Of a stretch of DNA of 64,000 nucleotides, positions 1-9,539 are shown piece by piece. How positions within the stretch are numbered: position 1 is the stretch's first letter; each line of letters opens with the position of its first letter. Under the pieces are notes generated by a model. The model was given only the letters and a program-made list of their open reading frames with translations, had not been told where the DNA came from and ran no database searches. Made by a program: the position numbers and the translations under genes. This DNA is from a virus, in the IMG/VR virus record IMGVR_UViG_3300045988_183350; one strand, written 5' to 3'.

Positions 1-1032
1 AACACTTATGTCATCATTATTGGTGCCGGTGGTAATGGTAAATCAATCTACCTAAATATGCTCACTAAACTTGCAAGTGGTTATGACGCTAACCTCGATA
101 TGCAAGATATTGGTGACGATAATAAAATCAACGAAATTAGCGAAAGTACAAAGCTAATTTTAGGACACGAACTTGCAACAAATGCTAAATTTACCGGAAA
201 TATGATTTCTCGTATTAAACAATTAGCAACCGGAGACCCAATCAAAGTTAATGTGAAGTTTAAAGACGCAAAAGTTATAGCAGCCGATTGTGTTAAGATT
301 CAAGCGACAAATACTGTTCCTAAGATTTTTGAGAATAACAATGCGATTTTAAGACGTATCAAATTAGTACAGTGGACTGATAAAGATTTCAGTAAACTTG
401 AAACAAATATTGATTTAGACAGTCTAATTGAAGACCCCGAATTTATCGAGGCATTTATTTCATATATTTTTTGTGATACAGGTAAATTTAAAAAGTTCAT
501 CAATATTAAATCAGTTGAGGAAGATTCAGCTAATGCCGTTAATGATGCAGACCAAGTATATCAATTTTTGAGTCATTTACAAGAACAAGACCAGTTAGTT
601 GGTAATATTCCGACAAATGTATTGTATAAAATGTATGACCAATGGAATAAAGCAGAAAATCCAGGTAGTAGACCTTTAAAATCAAAAGAGTTTTTATCTC
701 GTGTCAAGACTCAGTGTTCAAAATTTGGTATTATTTATGACACTAATCGAAAGCCGTTGTCATCACGAGATATTAAAGATTTTAACTTTATGACTCTTAA
801 TAAGTACTACTACAATTACAAGCTTGACGTTAATAAATATTCTAATGCAAGTACGATTATTTGTCCAGACCAAGTAACAGACGATGATATTTTGGATATT
901 CAAATGAAATTAGGTACAGGTGAATTAGACTATGACGTGAATTACAAACGATTATTGATTATTGATTATTTGATTGTTAACAAATTAGATGATGATGCAA
1001 TAACATATAAGAACATAATCGATGAAATGTAG
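1..1032 (+). CDS. DNA primase/helicase, C-terminal part (P4-alpha / D5-like SF3 NTPase); 5' end lies upstream of the window
   Basis: Frame 1 is open from nt 1 and encodes a Walker A motif ..IIIGAGGNGKSIYLN.. before the first Met at 58; downstream 'VNVKFKDAKV' and 'LVQWTDKD' stretches; iteron-rich origin-like region immediately downstream. Confidence 0.6.
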   Translation, partial: NTYVIIIGAGGNGKSIYLNMLTKLASGYDANLDMQDIGDDNKINEISESTKLILGHELATNAKFTGNMISRIKQLATGDPIKVNVKFKDAKVIAADCVKIQATNTVPKIFENNNAILRRIKLVQWTDKDFSKLETNIDLDSLIEDPEFIEAFISYIFCDTGKFKKFINIKSVEEDSANAVNDADQVYQFLSHLQEQDQLVGNIPTNVLYKMYDQWNKAENPGSRPLKSKEFLSRVKTQCSKFGIIYDTNRKPLSSRDIKDFNFMTLNKYYYNYKLDVNKYSNASTIICPDQVTDDDILDIQMKLGTGELDYDVNYKRLLIIDYLIVNKLDDDAITYKNIIDEM

Positions 1033-1189
1033 ATAACCAATTATCTACATTTTTTATTTTCCAATGTAATTCAGGTATTGATTTTGTAAGTTTCATATGA
1101 GTTATATTAACTTGATAATATTATAAATAATTACAGAAAAATAACTTAAGTAGCTGATATATGAAATACAAATGAGATTTTTTCCAATG

Positions 1190-2160
1190 TACTAAAAATT
1201 TTCCAATGGTTGAATTTTTTAATTGTAAAGCTATTTAACTATTGATACAGAAGTAATTCGCGTATATACTATGATTATGGTGTAATATAACGGAAAATTA
1301 CATTGGTTGTTTGATGTTACAGGTAAAGTCAAGAAATTTTCCAATGTAATGTAAATTTCTCTCAAGCATATATATATATTATTCATGTATTTAGGCAAAA
1401 TACCCATTATATATATTTTTTAAATTATATTGGAAAATAATAATAAAAAATATAATAATACCAATACTTCAGGACCTTTCCATTGTACTTTCCAATGTAT
1501 TTTACTGAAAAAATCACATATACCTGAATTACTTCTGTATCAAGGTTAAACCATCTTTCCAATGTTTTTTCCTGTACATTGGAAAATTTCGTATACATTG
1601 GAAAACATTGGAAAATACCATTGAGTTATTGGTACTCAAGGTAGCTAACAAGTTTTCACTGTAATTTTTAGTTTTTCATTGAATTTGTATTCCACTGTAC
1701 TTTATTTAGCTTTATCTTGTAATATCAATACTTGAAGTATATTGGAAAGAATTTCACTAAACTTATCAAAATTGGTAAACCTTTTTCAAAAGTTGGTAAA
1801 CCTTTTCTTGAAATTAGTAAACCTTTTTCAAAAATCAGTAAACCTTTTTAGCATTTTAATTAAATCCTAAATTTTAAGACCTTTTACTTGATACTCAGGT
1901 ATTTATCATCATTTTGCTAATATTTTCCAATTTAATCAATATTTTATTAAACTAACCGTATTGCTTGTGTAACAGTTAATGGCTTAAGTTTTTTGAAAAG
2001 TAAACTTTTTTGAAAAAAGGTTTACTGATTTTGCCAAAAGGTTTACATTTTTCATCAAAAGGTTTACTGTTTTGGTGAAAAGGTTTACTATTTCCGAAAA
2101 AAAGTTTACTTTTAATTTTTTAGCATTGGAAAATTTTTTCCAATGTGTATGAAATGTTGA
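1190..2160. repeat. Origin-like module copy 1 (duplicated at about 2840-3800): 16-bp inverted repeat GATACAGAAGTAATTC (1244-1259 / 1526-1541) flanking an AT-rich core
   Basis: Core 1290-1660 is near-identical to 2950-3320 (e.g. 'ctcaagcatatatatat...ataataccaatacttcaggacctttcca'). Confidence 0.75.
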
Positions 2161-2839
2161 TAATATTAAGCTTGTTTAGTAACTTAAGTTTAGTTGATAT
2201 TAATAAAACTCAATGGGATTGATTCGTAATCAGTAGTATTGATTGAAACTTTCTAATGTATAAAAATTTTTTGGTTGTACAGGAAAGTACATAAAGTGTT
2301 GATACCTTTACAATTATGACTTGTATTACAATCATGGTGTATAACATTAGAAAGTACATTAGAGAGTTGATGTTACAAGTAAGACTGTAAAATTTTCTAA
2401 TGTATAAGAGGTTTTATCCAACTAAATTTAAGATGAATATATTTTAGCTGAATAATTATTATTAATATTAGTTAAGTACATTAGAAAGTTATATCAGACT
2501 GTCAATGATACCAATATCCAATGTACTTTCTAATGTACTTTCTAATGTATTTTGTTATTAAAATTGTATGTTTCAGAATAGATTACGTATTAATAATAAA
2601 GTAATTTTCAAATGATTTACAAGGTATAAATATCATCATTAAGTATTTTTATTATATTATCAGCAGTTGAAATACATTGGAAAGAAATATACAGAATTGG
2701 AAAATATTTTCCAATGTATATTATATATTGATAATGCAACAAAAACAGGTAATTTAGTCTCATAATTAAATTTAAACAAAGTTGATTCAATTTGATATTA
2801 TTGATTGATATACGAACTTATCCAATGAAAAGTATTATA

Positions 2840-3800
2840 ATTTTCCAATGTATTAAAAATTTTCCAATGTTAGTTTCCATTGTATAGGAAAGGTACTTTG
2901 ACTTTGATGCAGAAGTAATTCAGGATAACACTGTGATTATAGTGTAAAACATTGGAAAAACACATTGGTTATTTGATGTTACAGGTAAAGGCAAGAAATC
3001 TTCCAATGTGATGGAATTTTTTCTCAAGCATATATATATATGATACAAGAATTACAGTAAAATACCCATTATATATATTTTTTAAATTATATTGGAAAAT
3101 AATAATAAAAAATATAATAATACCAATACTTCAGGACCTTTCCAATGTCTTTTCCAATGTTTCACACTATAATCACAGTGTTATCCTGAATTACTTCTGC
3201 ATCAAGGTTAAACCATCTTTCCAACGTTTTTCACCTACATTGGAAAGTTTCTCATACATTGGAAAACATTGGAAAATACCATTGAATCATTGATACTCAA
3301 TATAACTAACTACTATTTTGCTATAATTTCGAACTTTCTCTTGAATTTATCATCAAACCTGATTTATTCAGTTTTACTTATAATACCAATACCTGAAATA
3401 CATTGGAAGGAATTTCATTAAACTTGATAAAATTAGTAAACCTTTTGACAAAATCGGTAAACCTTTTTGCGAAATTGGTAAACCTTTTTAGCGTTTTTAT
3501 CAAATCTTAAATTTTAAGGTCTTTAACTTGATACTCATACATTCGATTCTGTTTTAGTTGTAATTTGTGTTTTAGTCGATATTTTCATGAATAGTCTTCA
3601 ATAACTCTGTAACAACCAATAACCTAAGTTTTTCAGAAAGTAAACTTTTTTGAAAAAAGGTTTACTGAATTTGCCAAAAGGTTTACTGTTTTGGTGAAAA
3701 GGTTTACCAATTTCACGAAAAGGTTTACTATTTCCAGAAAAAAGTTTACTTTTAATTTTTTAGTATTAGAAAGTTCTTTCCAATATACCCAACTACCTGA
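2840..3800. repeat. Origin-like module copy 2; ~40-bp inverted repeat (GCAGAAGTAATTCAGGATAACACTGTGATTATAGTGT / reverse complement) flanking an AT-rich core
   Basis: Direct alignment with copy 1; the same order of TTTCCAATGTA boxes, then GGTAAACC direct iterons, then inverted AAAGGTTTAC iterons. Confidence 0.75.
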
Positions 3801-3933
3801 TATTATTGCATTTCTATTTAATTCAATTATCCCTGGTCTATTTTTCTAATATAATTTTCTTCTGCAATCTCAATATCTCAATTACATTGGAAAATTCTTG
3901 CTATTATAATTTTCCATTAATAATATTAGTCAT

Positions 3934-3967
3934 AAAGGCTTACTTTTCAATTAATCTGTGATATAAT
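3934..3967 (+). promoter_or_regulatory. Conserved early-type promoter (-35-like AGGCTTACTTTT; extended -10 TGTGATATAAT)
   Basis: Motif AAAGGTTTACTTTTA-N-TGnTATAAT recurs about 35 times in the window; this copy precedes CDS 4005. Confidence 0.6.
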
Positions 3968-4004
3968 AATATATAATTATAGATAAAAGTAAGGATATTA
4001 TTTT

Positions 4005-4766
4005 ATGAATTTAGCAGAAAAAGCGAAGAAGCATCATGCGTTGATGGAAAATACAAAGTCAATTTATACTGACGGAACCGTATTAGAATCAACAATTTAT
4101 CTTGAAGATGCTTTTGACAATAAAAAACAATCATATAGAACATTTAATAATGACATTGTTATTGCTGACCTTGATTCTATTTCAGCTGCTTACAAATATG
4201 AAATGACAGGTCGTGTTGCCTTATTGAATTTTGCGTCATTTACCCATCCTGGTGGTGCGTTCTTGTTTGGTAGTCGTGCTCAAGAAGAAGCCATTTGTCA
4301 TGAGTCAAATTTGTTTGAAATTTTAAATGACGATAAATTTAGTTTGTTTTATCGTATCAATCAAAAGGACCTTGGCAATCACTTATATTACAATCGTGGC
4401 ATTTACTCACCAGGAGTTATTTTAACTCGAGATAATGACGAACACTTTACTGACGTTATTACTGTTGCGGCTCCTAATGCGATGAAAGCTTATGATGGCA
4501 CAGATGATTTTGATGTGAGAAATCTTGTTATTTTGAAATCTCGAATTGATTTTATCTTAAAAATTGCAGAAGCAAATCATGTTGACACATTGATTCTTGG
4601 AGCTTTTGGTTGCGGTGTCTTTGGTCAAAGTCCATATGACGTAGCAACTTGTTTTAAAGACCTCTTGCCTCATTATAACTTTAAAAAAGTTGTCTTTGCA
4701 ATTCCTGATTTTAATGATGGCAATTTAGAAGCATTCAAAGAAGTCTTTACAGAAGAAAATAAATAA
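4005..4766 (+). CDS. Macro-domain protein, bacterial-type poly(ADP-ribose) glycohydrolase-like (DUF2263/TIGR02452 family)
   Basis: Signature 'NFASFTHPGGAFLFGSRAQEEAICHESNL' matches the GGG-x6-8-QEE PARG motif; RBS AAGGA 9 nt upstream. Confidence 0.55.
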   Translation: MNLAEKAKKHHALMENTKSIYTDGTVLESTIYLEDAFDNKKQSYRTFNNDIVIADLDSISAAYKYEMTGRVALLNFASFTHPGGAFLFGSRAQEEAICHESNLFEILNDDKFSLFYRINQKDLGNHLYYNRGIYSPGVILTRDNDEHFTDVITVAAPNAMKAYDGTDDFDVRNLVILKSRIDFILKIAEANHVDTLILGAFGCGVFGQSPYDVATCFKDLLPHYNFKKVVFAIPDFNDGNLEAFKEVFTEENK

Positions 4767-4814
4767 GATATAATAATATTGTAATAAATTATTTATCTGA
4801 GAAAGGTTTTAAAT

Positions 4815-5408
4815 ATGGGATTATTTAGTAGTAATCGAAATGTGTTAGGTGGGCCAATCAAACAGCCACCAATCAATAATGGCGGTGATTATTACAGATG
4901 GGACGTTCTTGTTACCAAAGCATTAGATGCTGTTCATGGTCGTAATGTATTTGATGGCATGTCAAAACGCGGTCCTGTTAAAGTAATTATCACTAGTCTT
5001 GTTGGTTTTGAGCAATTTATTGATGAACACAATTTTGTAAACAGTGGCATTAAGAGTGCGCCTAAAGCACCACTTGGTTATACAGATGCGCACATTTCAG
5101 TTTTGCGTGGTCTTCTTGCAAATAAATTGAAAGACCCTTATGTGATTGAGTTTATTGAAAAGAATAGTTTGGATGGTTTTCAAATTATTTATGACAGTGG
5201 CAATCCTGACGAATTTAACGAAGGTCTTGACGATTTGATTCATTCAGTTAGTGTAAACGTAAATAACGTTGTCGCTGATTATGAGAAAATCGCTAAACGC
5301 TTAGCTGTTCGTCATGAAATCGATATGATTGAAGTTGCCAATGAGTTCAACTTGTGGGTTCGTCTGTCAAAAGAGTTTCAAGAAACTTTGAACGCATATA
5401 AAAATTAA
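4815..5408 (+). CDS. Hypothetical protein
   Basis: 197-aa ORF with RBS GAAAGG; no recognisable motif. Confidence 0.5.
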   Translation: MGLFSSNRNVLGGPIKQPPINNGGDYYRWDVLVTKALDAVHGRNVFDGMSKRGPVKVIITSLVGFEQFIDEHNFVNSGIKSAPKAPLGYTDAHISVLRGLLANKLKDPYVIEFIEKNSLDGFQIIYDSGNPDEFNEGLDDLIHSVSVNVNNVVADYEKIAKRLAVRHEIDMIEVANEFNLWVRLSKEFQETLNAYKN

Positions 5409-5428
5409 ATATTTGAAGGGAAAATTAT

Positions 5429-6682
5429 ATGGCAATCCAAGATTTACAAGTAATTAAACGTTCAGGCATGATTGAAGCATTTAATTTGGATAAAATTATC
5501 ACTGCAATCACGAAGGCCGCTGAACATACGTTTAAGCCGATTTCGTCAAATGAACTTTCAGCTGTCATTGATTATATTTATGACAAGTTGGCTGTTTATG
5601 ATGACGAAAACAGTTATGAAATTCCTGTTGACGAAGTTCATGATATTGTAATCAATGCTTTATTTGAAGTTCGCGACGACGTTGCTAAACGTTATGTGTC
5701 TTATCATGAGTTTCAAAATAGTCAAAATAAAGTCTTTGATTCATTAAAAGATTTGATTGACATTTCATCGTCTGTTGATTTGCCAGTTAGCCAAAACAAG
5801 CTTGTTGTCGAACACACAACAGCTAAAGAACTGGCTATGCGTTATTCACTCAGACCTGATTGGCAAAAAGCAATCACAGACGGAATTATTGAAATTCCGA
5901 ACATTGAAACACTTTGGTACAAAACGCGAGAAGTCGGATATATCGACTTTGCTAAAAAATTCACAAACTCTGGAAATGACGGTGTATTTGATAGTGTAAT
6001 GAATTTTACAGTGATGATTGACGCCTTGAAACGCGAAATTTTATCAACGTATAACAATTACACATCAGCACTTGTTATTAACTTAAAAGGTATTTTAGCA
6101 AAATATCTTGAATTGAGCTATTACCGCAATTTAATGCTTGCAAAACAAGTCGCTAACCGAACACTTGATTTTAATGGGTCAACAAAAACATTAACTGAAA
6201 AAATCGCGGTTGAAATGACGTATCAAGAAGTTATTGCGGGTACAAGCCAGGTTTGGGATATTGTTAATATTTGTAAAGACAATCATAACATTGACATTGT
6301 GTTTGCGTCGAGTTCATCCTTCCCGACAATTACCGACACAGAAGCAATTAATAATGAATTGCAAGAAATTTTCGATGCAGCGATTGCGACATTGCATATT
6401 GTTCCAGACGTTTTCTTACCAAGGATTAAATCATTTGGTGTGAACTTAAACACAAAAGTTTTACGTGTGTTAGCAACAGATGACCATGATTATCAGCAAT
6501 CGATTTCGAAATATGGTTATATGGTAAGTGATATTATTGCATCATACGTGAAGACTGCTGGTGTGAATCAGTCGTCAGTAACGGTTAAATTGGATTGTCC
6601 ATCAGACGCGTCTGAATTCAAATCCATTGAAAACGTTATGCATGAGACTGAGCTTGGCAGCAATAGCGTCGTGGTTATCTAA
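5429..6682 (+). CDS. ATP-cone domain protein (N-terminal ATP-cone fused to an unknown ~300-aa domain)
   Basis: N-terminus 'VIKRSGMIEAFNLDKIITAITKAAEH' follows the ATP-cone pattern of NrdR/NrdD; RBS GAAGGG. Confidence 0.5.
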   Translation: MAIQDLQVIKRSGMIEAFNLDKIITAITKAAEHTFKPISSNELSAVIDYIYDKLAVYDDENSYEIPVDEVHDIVINALFEVRDDVAKRYVSYHEFQNSQNKVFDSLKDLIDISSSVDLPVSQNKLVVEHTTAKELAMRYSLRPDWQKAITDGIIEIPNIETLWYKTREVGYIDFAKKFTNSGNDGVFDSVMNFTVMIDALKREILSTYNNYTSALVINLKGILAKYLELSYYRNLMLAKQVANRTLDFNGSTKTLTEKIAVEMTYQEVIAGTSQVWDIVNICKDNHNIDIVFASSSSFPTITDTEAINNELQEIFDAAIATLHIVPDVFLPRIKSFGVNLNTKVLRVLATDDHDYQQSISKYGYMVSDIIASYVKTAGVNQSSVTVKLDCPSDASEFKSIENVMHETELGSNSVVVI

Positions 6683-6687
6683 TAAGT

Positions 6688-6718
6688 AAAAAGACTAGTA
6701 ATTAGTCTTTTTATTTTT
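6688..6718 (+). terminator. Rho-independent terminator
   Basis: Hairpin AAAAGACTAGTAATTAGTCTTTTT followed by a T-run. Confidence 0.6.
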
Positions 6719-6794
6719 CATAATATGGTTCACTATCTTTTGATTTTGTGATATAATTAAATATATATTAAAATTATATTTGAAAGGTTAGGAT

Positions 6795-7583
6795 ATGAAA
6801 TATAAAGATATACAAGAAATTTTTAAAGGTGTTGGTAATGACAAATTGTTTAGTAATCACATTTATTTGATTGCTGAGTGTTTATCATTTTTTGCGTTAC
6901 TTGCCTTTGATAATATATTTTCACGGTTAGTTTTCACGCTCGCTTTGATTGTATTTTCGGTACTTTCGGTGACGAGTTCATTGAATTTTTACTCAGTCAT
7001 GCAATCGGACAAAAGTCAGCAAACTGAAATGCTTAATTTGCTTGACATTAGAGACCGCAATTTTGGATTTGATTTAAACATGGCAAGTTTTATTAAATTA
7101 TTTTTGCTTAAGTGGCTAAACATTCTTGGACGTTCAAGCGTATTCATTGTTATTGCAATTATTATGAGTGTGCTTAAGTTCAGTGCATATTTGTGGGTTC
7201 CATTTAGTTTGTTTTTACTTGCGATTTTGTATTATTGGATAATGTATGGATTTGCAAATTTATTGTTTTATAAAAATCGTAACTCGGATACAAAATTGGC
7301 ATTGTATTTAAAGCAAAGTAAAAATCTGATAAGTACACATTTACGTGACCTGGCAAAAACTTACAGTACAATGATTTTGCCATTTATTGGTGCGTGTCTT
7401 CTTGGTTTTGTATTAATTGTCGTCGGTTACATTATGTTTTTAGGCGAGAATTATAACTTCTTGGTATTGCTTAGCGAATTCATTTGTATCGTACCATTTT
7501 TGATTCGATTCCGCTACTTATTTGTTTATACATTTGACAAACTTTATAAGGAAGGACATAAAGACGATGACAAAAACAATTAA
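6795..7583 (+). CDS. Multi-pass membrane protein
   Basis: Several hydrophobic segments; promoter GGTTCAC..TGTGATATAAT at 6727-6757. Confidence 0.5.
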   Translation: MKYKDIQEIFKGVGNDKLFSNHIYLIAECLSFFALLAFDNIFSRLVFTLALIVFSVLSVTSSLNFYSVMQSDKSQQTEMLNLLDIRDRNFGFDLNMASFIKLFLLKWLNILGRSSVFIVIAIIMSVLKFSAYLWVPFSLFLLAILYYWIMYGFANLLFYKNRNSDTKLALYLKQSKNLISTHLRDLAKTYSTMILPFIGACLLGFVLIVVGYIMFLGENYNFLVLLSEFICIVPFLIRFRYLFVYTFDKLYKEGHKDDDKNN

Positions 7584-8520
7584 AAAGACAATTTCACTTG
7601 CATTATTAAGTGTGACTTTATTAGGTACAGCAGGTCCAGCCTTGGCAGACGAAAAGACAGACGTACAAAATCAGATTACGACAATTAACCAAGAGTTAAC
7701 TGATACAACAACTAAAATTTCAGAGTTGCTTGGTAAAATTGGTGACAATGAGGCGGCAATAAAAGATAATGAGGCTAAAATTAAAAGTATTCGCGAGACA
7801 TTAAACAGTCAAGCGAGAGCTATGCAGACAGATTCAGAGCCAACAAATCTTTTCACGCTTTTATTGCAAGCTAAATCTTTATCAGATATTTTTGACATTT
7901 TTAATTCAAGTTCGACCATTGCATCTGCAAATGATGAAAATATTACAAAGATGAATACTTTGATTAAAGAAAATAAAGCCAAACAAGAAAGTTTGACAAA
8001 AGAATTAAATGACTTGCAAAAATCGCAACAAGACCTTGAAAAGTCGAATACTGATTTGCAAAATAAATTACAATCGATTAATGACGCGGAGGCAAAAGCT
8101 AAAGCTGAACAGCAAGTAAAAGCTAACATGCAAAATGCAAAATCTGTTTCAACCGTAGTTGCTCAAACAACAGGTGGTGGTAATTTGCCTAGTCAAGCAA
8201 GCGGTACAAAACAGTTTGCACCTAGTCAAGCTAGGGAAGCTTTCGAGCAAATCACACAAGATTATGGCGTCACGGGTTATGAGAAGCAAATATGGGAACA
8301 AATTATTACAGCTGAATCAGGCTGGAACACGACTGTTTGGAATGGCGGTGGTTCAGGAGCCTATGGTTTAGGTCAAGCATTACCGGCTGACAAGATGGCG
8401 GTTTATGGGTCTGACTACATGACAAATCCATACACACAATTGGTTTGGATGTACAATTATGTTCGCGAGCGTTACGGTAGTTTTGCTGGCGTTCAATGGG
8501 AATCCCGTGGATGGTATTAA
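7567..8520 (+). CDS. Secreted coiled-coil protein with C-terminal lytic-transglycosylase (SLT)-like domain
   Basis: Signal peptide MTKTIKKTISLALLSVTLLGTAGPALA; heptad-rich middle; C-terminus 'AESGWN...AYGLGQA' resembles the SLT ES/GLMQ motifs; start chosen at the Met after RBS AAGGAAGGA (track ORF begins at 7522). Confidence 0.5.
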   Translation: MTKTIKKTISLALLSVTLLGTAGPALADEKTDVQNQITTINQELTDTTTKISELLGKIGDNEAAIKDNEAKIKSIRETLNSQARAMQTDSEPTNLFTLLLQAKSLSDIFDIFNSSSTIASANDENITKMNTLIKENKAKQESLTKELNDLQKSQQDLEKSNTDLQNKLQSINDAEAKAKAEQQVKANMQNAKSVSTVVAQTTGGGNLPSQASGTKQFAPSQAREAFEQITQDYGVTGYEKQIWEQIITAESGWNTTVWNGGGSGAYGLGQALPADKMAVYGSDYMTNPYTQLVWMYNYVRERYGSFAGVQWESRGWY

Positions 8521-8551
8521 AAAAACGCACCGATTTTGGTGCGTTTTTTAT
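8521..8551. terminator. Bidirectional rho-independent terminator
   Basis: AAAAACGCACCGATTTTGGTGCGTTTTTT between convergent genes. Confidence 0.65.
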
Positions 8552-8925
8552 TATGGGATTGTGATTAAAATATTATTATTTTCTTTTAAGTGCGTACGTG
8601 TGTTATAAATGGCACGGCTTAGTTTTTGGTTGTGCTCGATATGGCTTTCGTGCAAAATATGGCGGTAATCGCCAATAATAATAAGTGTATCACGGAGTGT
8701 TTTAAGCTCGTCTTCGATATACTCAGTTGTGTTATTTGTCACCCACTGAGTTTCGAGAGGTTCGTCAAATTTATCTTTAATAATAAGAGCATTAAAGTAT
8801 AGACGTGACGGGTCGATAAAAACGATTTTTGACACTTGAGTACTTTTATCGGCAATTAAATGCAATAGTCGGGTTTGTGTGGTTGGTGAGAGCTCAAACA
8901 AACGTTGTTTCTTCTGTGGTTTCAT
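8551..8925 (-). CDS. Hypothetical protein
   Basis: 124-aa ORF; RBS AAGGAG 10 nt upstream; overlaps the upstream gene by 32 nt. Confidence 0.4.
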   Translation of the reverse strand: MKPQKKQRLFELSPTTQTRLLHLIADKSTQVSKIVFIDPSRLYFNALIIKDKFDEPLETQWVTNNTTEYIEDELKTLRDTLIIIGDYRHILHESHIEHNQKLSRAIYNTRTHLKENNNILITIP

Positions 8926-9379
8926 TTAAAAAATCTCCTTTGAAATTATAAATAGTTGCACTTGTCAAATTAGGTTCCTCATTTACTAAAGTCAAACGAA
9001 TCCAATCATTTAGTGTAAGAACTTCTTTTTCATTACAAATCATGGATTGTACGTTATCTGTAAAACTAAATTCAGACCTTAAGTCGTTGTAAACGTCACT
9101 AACATTGACAACTTCGGTTTCGTAAGCATCGATTTCGACAATACAACAGTCCTTATGAAATGACATTTGAGCAAAATCATAGGCAACGTCGTATGATTGT
9201 GAAAAGCTTTTATTTTTAACAAAAAGTTTATCACCGTCAGTTTCGATAACGTCAAAACCTCTATATATCGGTGTTTCGTTTACTGTGACATATTCGGCAA
9301 GCTCGTCAATATAGTATGTATTGTTATAAGCTACGTGGTCAATAAGCCAGCGATAAAGCTTTTCTTTTGCTGTTGACAT
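8894..9379 (-). CDS. Hypothetical protein
   Basis: 161-aa ORF; minus-strand promoter ACGTTTACTTTTA..TGATATAAT in 9405-9457; RBS AAGGAGAC. Confidence 0.45.
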   Translation of the reverse strand: MSTAKEKLYRWLIDHVAYNNTYYIDELAEYVTVNETPIYRGFDVIETDGDKLFVKNKSFSQSYDVAYDFAQMSFHKDCCIVEIDAYETEVVNVSDVYNDLRSEFSFTDNVQSMICNEKEVLTLNDWIRLTLVNEEPNLTSATIYNFKGDFLNETTEETTFV

Positions 9380-9467
9380 GAAAGATAAGTCTCCTTAATT
9401 TAACAAAGTTTAATATATAATTTTATTATATCATAAATCAAATAAAAGTAAACGTAATTTAAGCAAA

Positions 9468-9512
9468 AAACGGTTTACTTTTATTAATTTTATGATATAA
9501 TTAATTATATCA
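9468..9512 (+). promoter_or_regulatory. Conserved promoter (ACGGTTTACTTTTA ... TTATGATATAAT), divergent from the minus-strand promoter at 9405-9457
   Basis: Direct motif match. Confidence 0.6.
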
Positions 9513-9539
9513 ATTAAACATATAAGGAGTTTTAAACAA

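Larger units (their letters stand above)
1060..3900. repeat. Iteron array: more than 40 copies of the 10-bp box TTTCCAATGTA (variant TTTCTAATGTA) in both orientations, plus clusters of GGTAAACCTTTT iterons
   Basis: Direct reading: boxes at e.g. 1066,1183,1200,1336,1490,1555,1575,1597,2125,2517,2680,2843,3002,3140,3237,3884; GGTAAACC x4 direct at 1775-1856 and 3435-3490; AAAGGTTTAC x5-6 inverted at 1995-2125 and 3630-3770; no ORF over 60 aa. Confidence 0.8.

Noticed and set aside
300-503. Antisense ORF inside the primase-helicase gene
   Set aside because: Fully embedded antisense to a well-supported CDS, no RBS; spurious. The same applies to antisense or embedded ORFs 5757-5999, 5842-6057, 6234-6443, 7809-8129, 8159-8371, 8306-8530, 9973-10461, 10513-10761, 11279-11518, 11613-11885, 12595-12816, 13394-13789, 13728-13946, 13988-14197, 14590-14775, 15488-15709, 15603-16034, 16133-16375, 20572-20769, 20960-21220, 21039-21242, 21551-21733, 21714-21944, 22197-22403, 22303-22488, 22391-22984, 23732-23944, 23980-24255, 24153-24377, 24182-24511, 24987-25247, 25085-25480, 25426-25653, 25953-26198, 26580-26768, 26635-26829, 26778-27083, 27132-27422, 27520-27855, 28284-28472, 28626-28826, 28920-29111, 29497-29709, 31286-31504, 31416-31802, 31822-32046, 32104-32295, 32163-32471, 32191-32478, 35762-36013, 36071-36334, 36627-36959, 37962-38147, 41483-41803, 41781-42044, 45371-45646, 46547-46753, 50711-50977, 51230-51451, 54093-54281, 54282-54545, 56321-56575, 57297-57584, 58913-59107, 60450-60665, 62779-63051.
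1033-4000. Considered prophage att site, transposon ends or CRISPR leader for the repeat forest
   Set aside because: No integrase or transposase and no uniform-length repeats with unique spacers. Box density, both orientations, AT-rich cores and adjacency to a primase-helicase fit an origin better.
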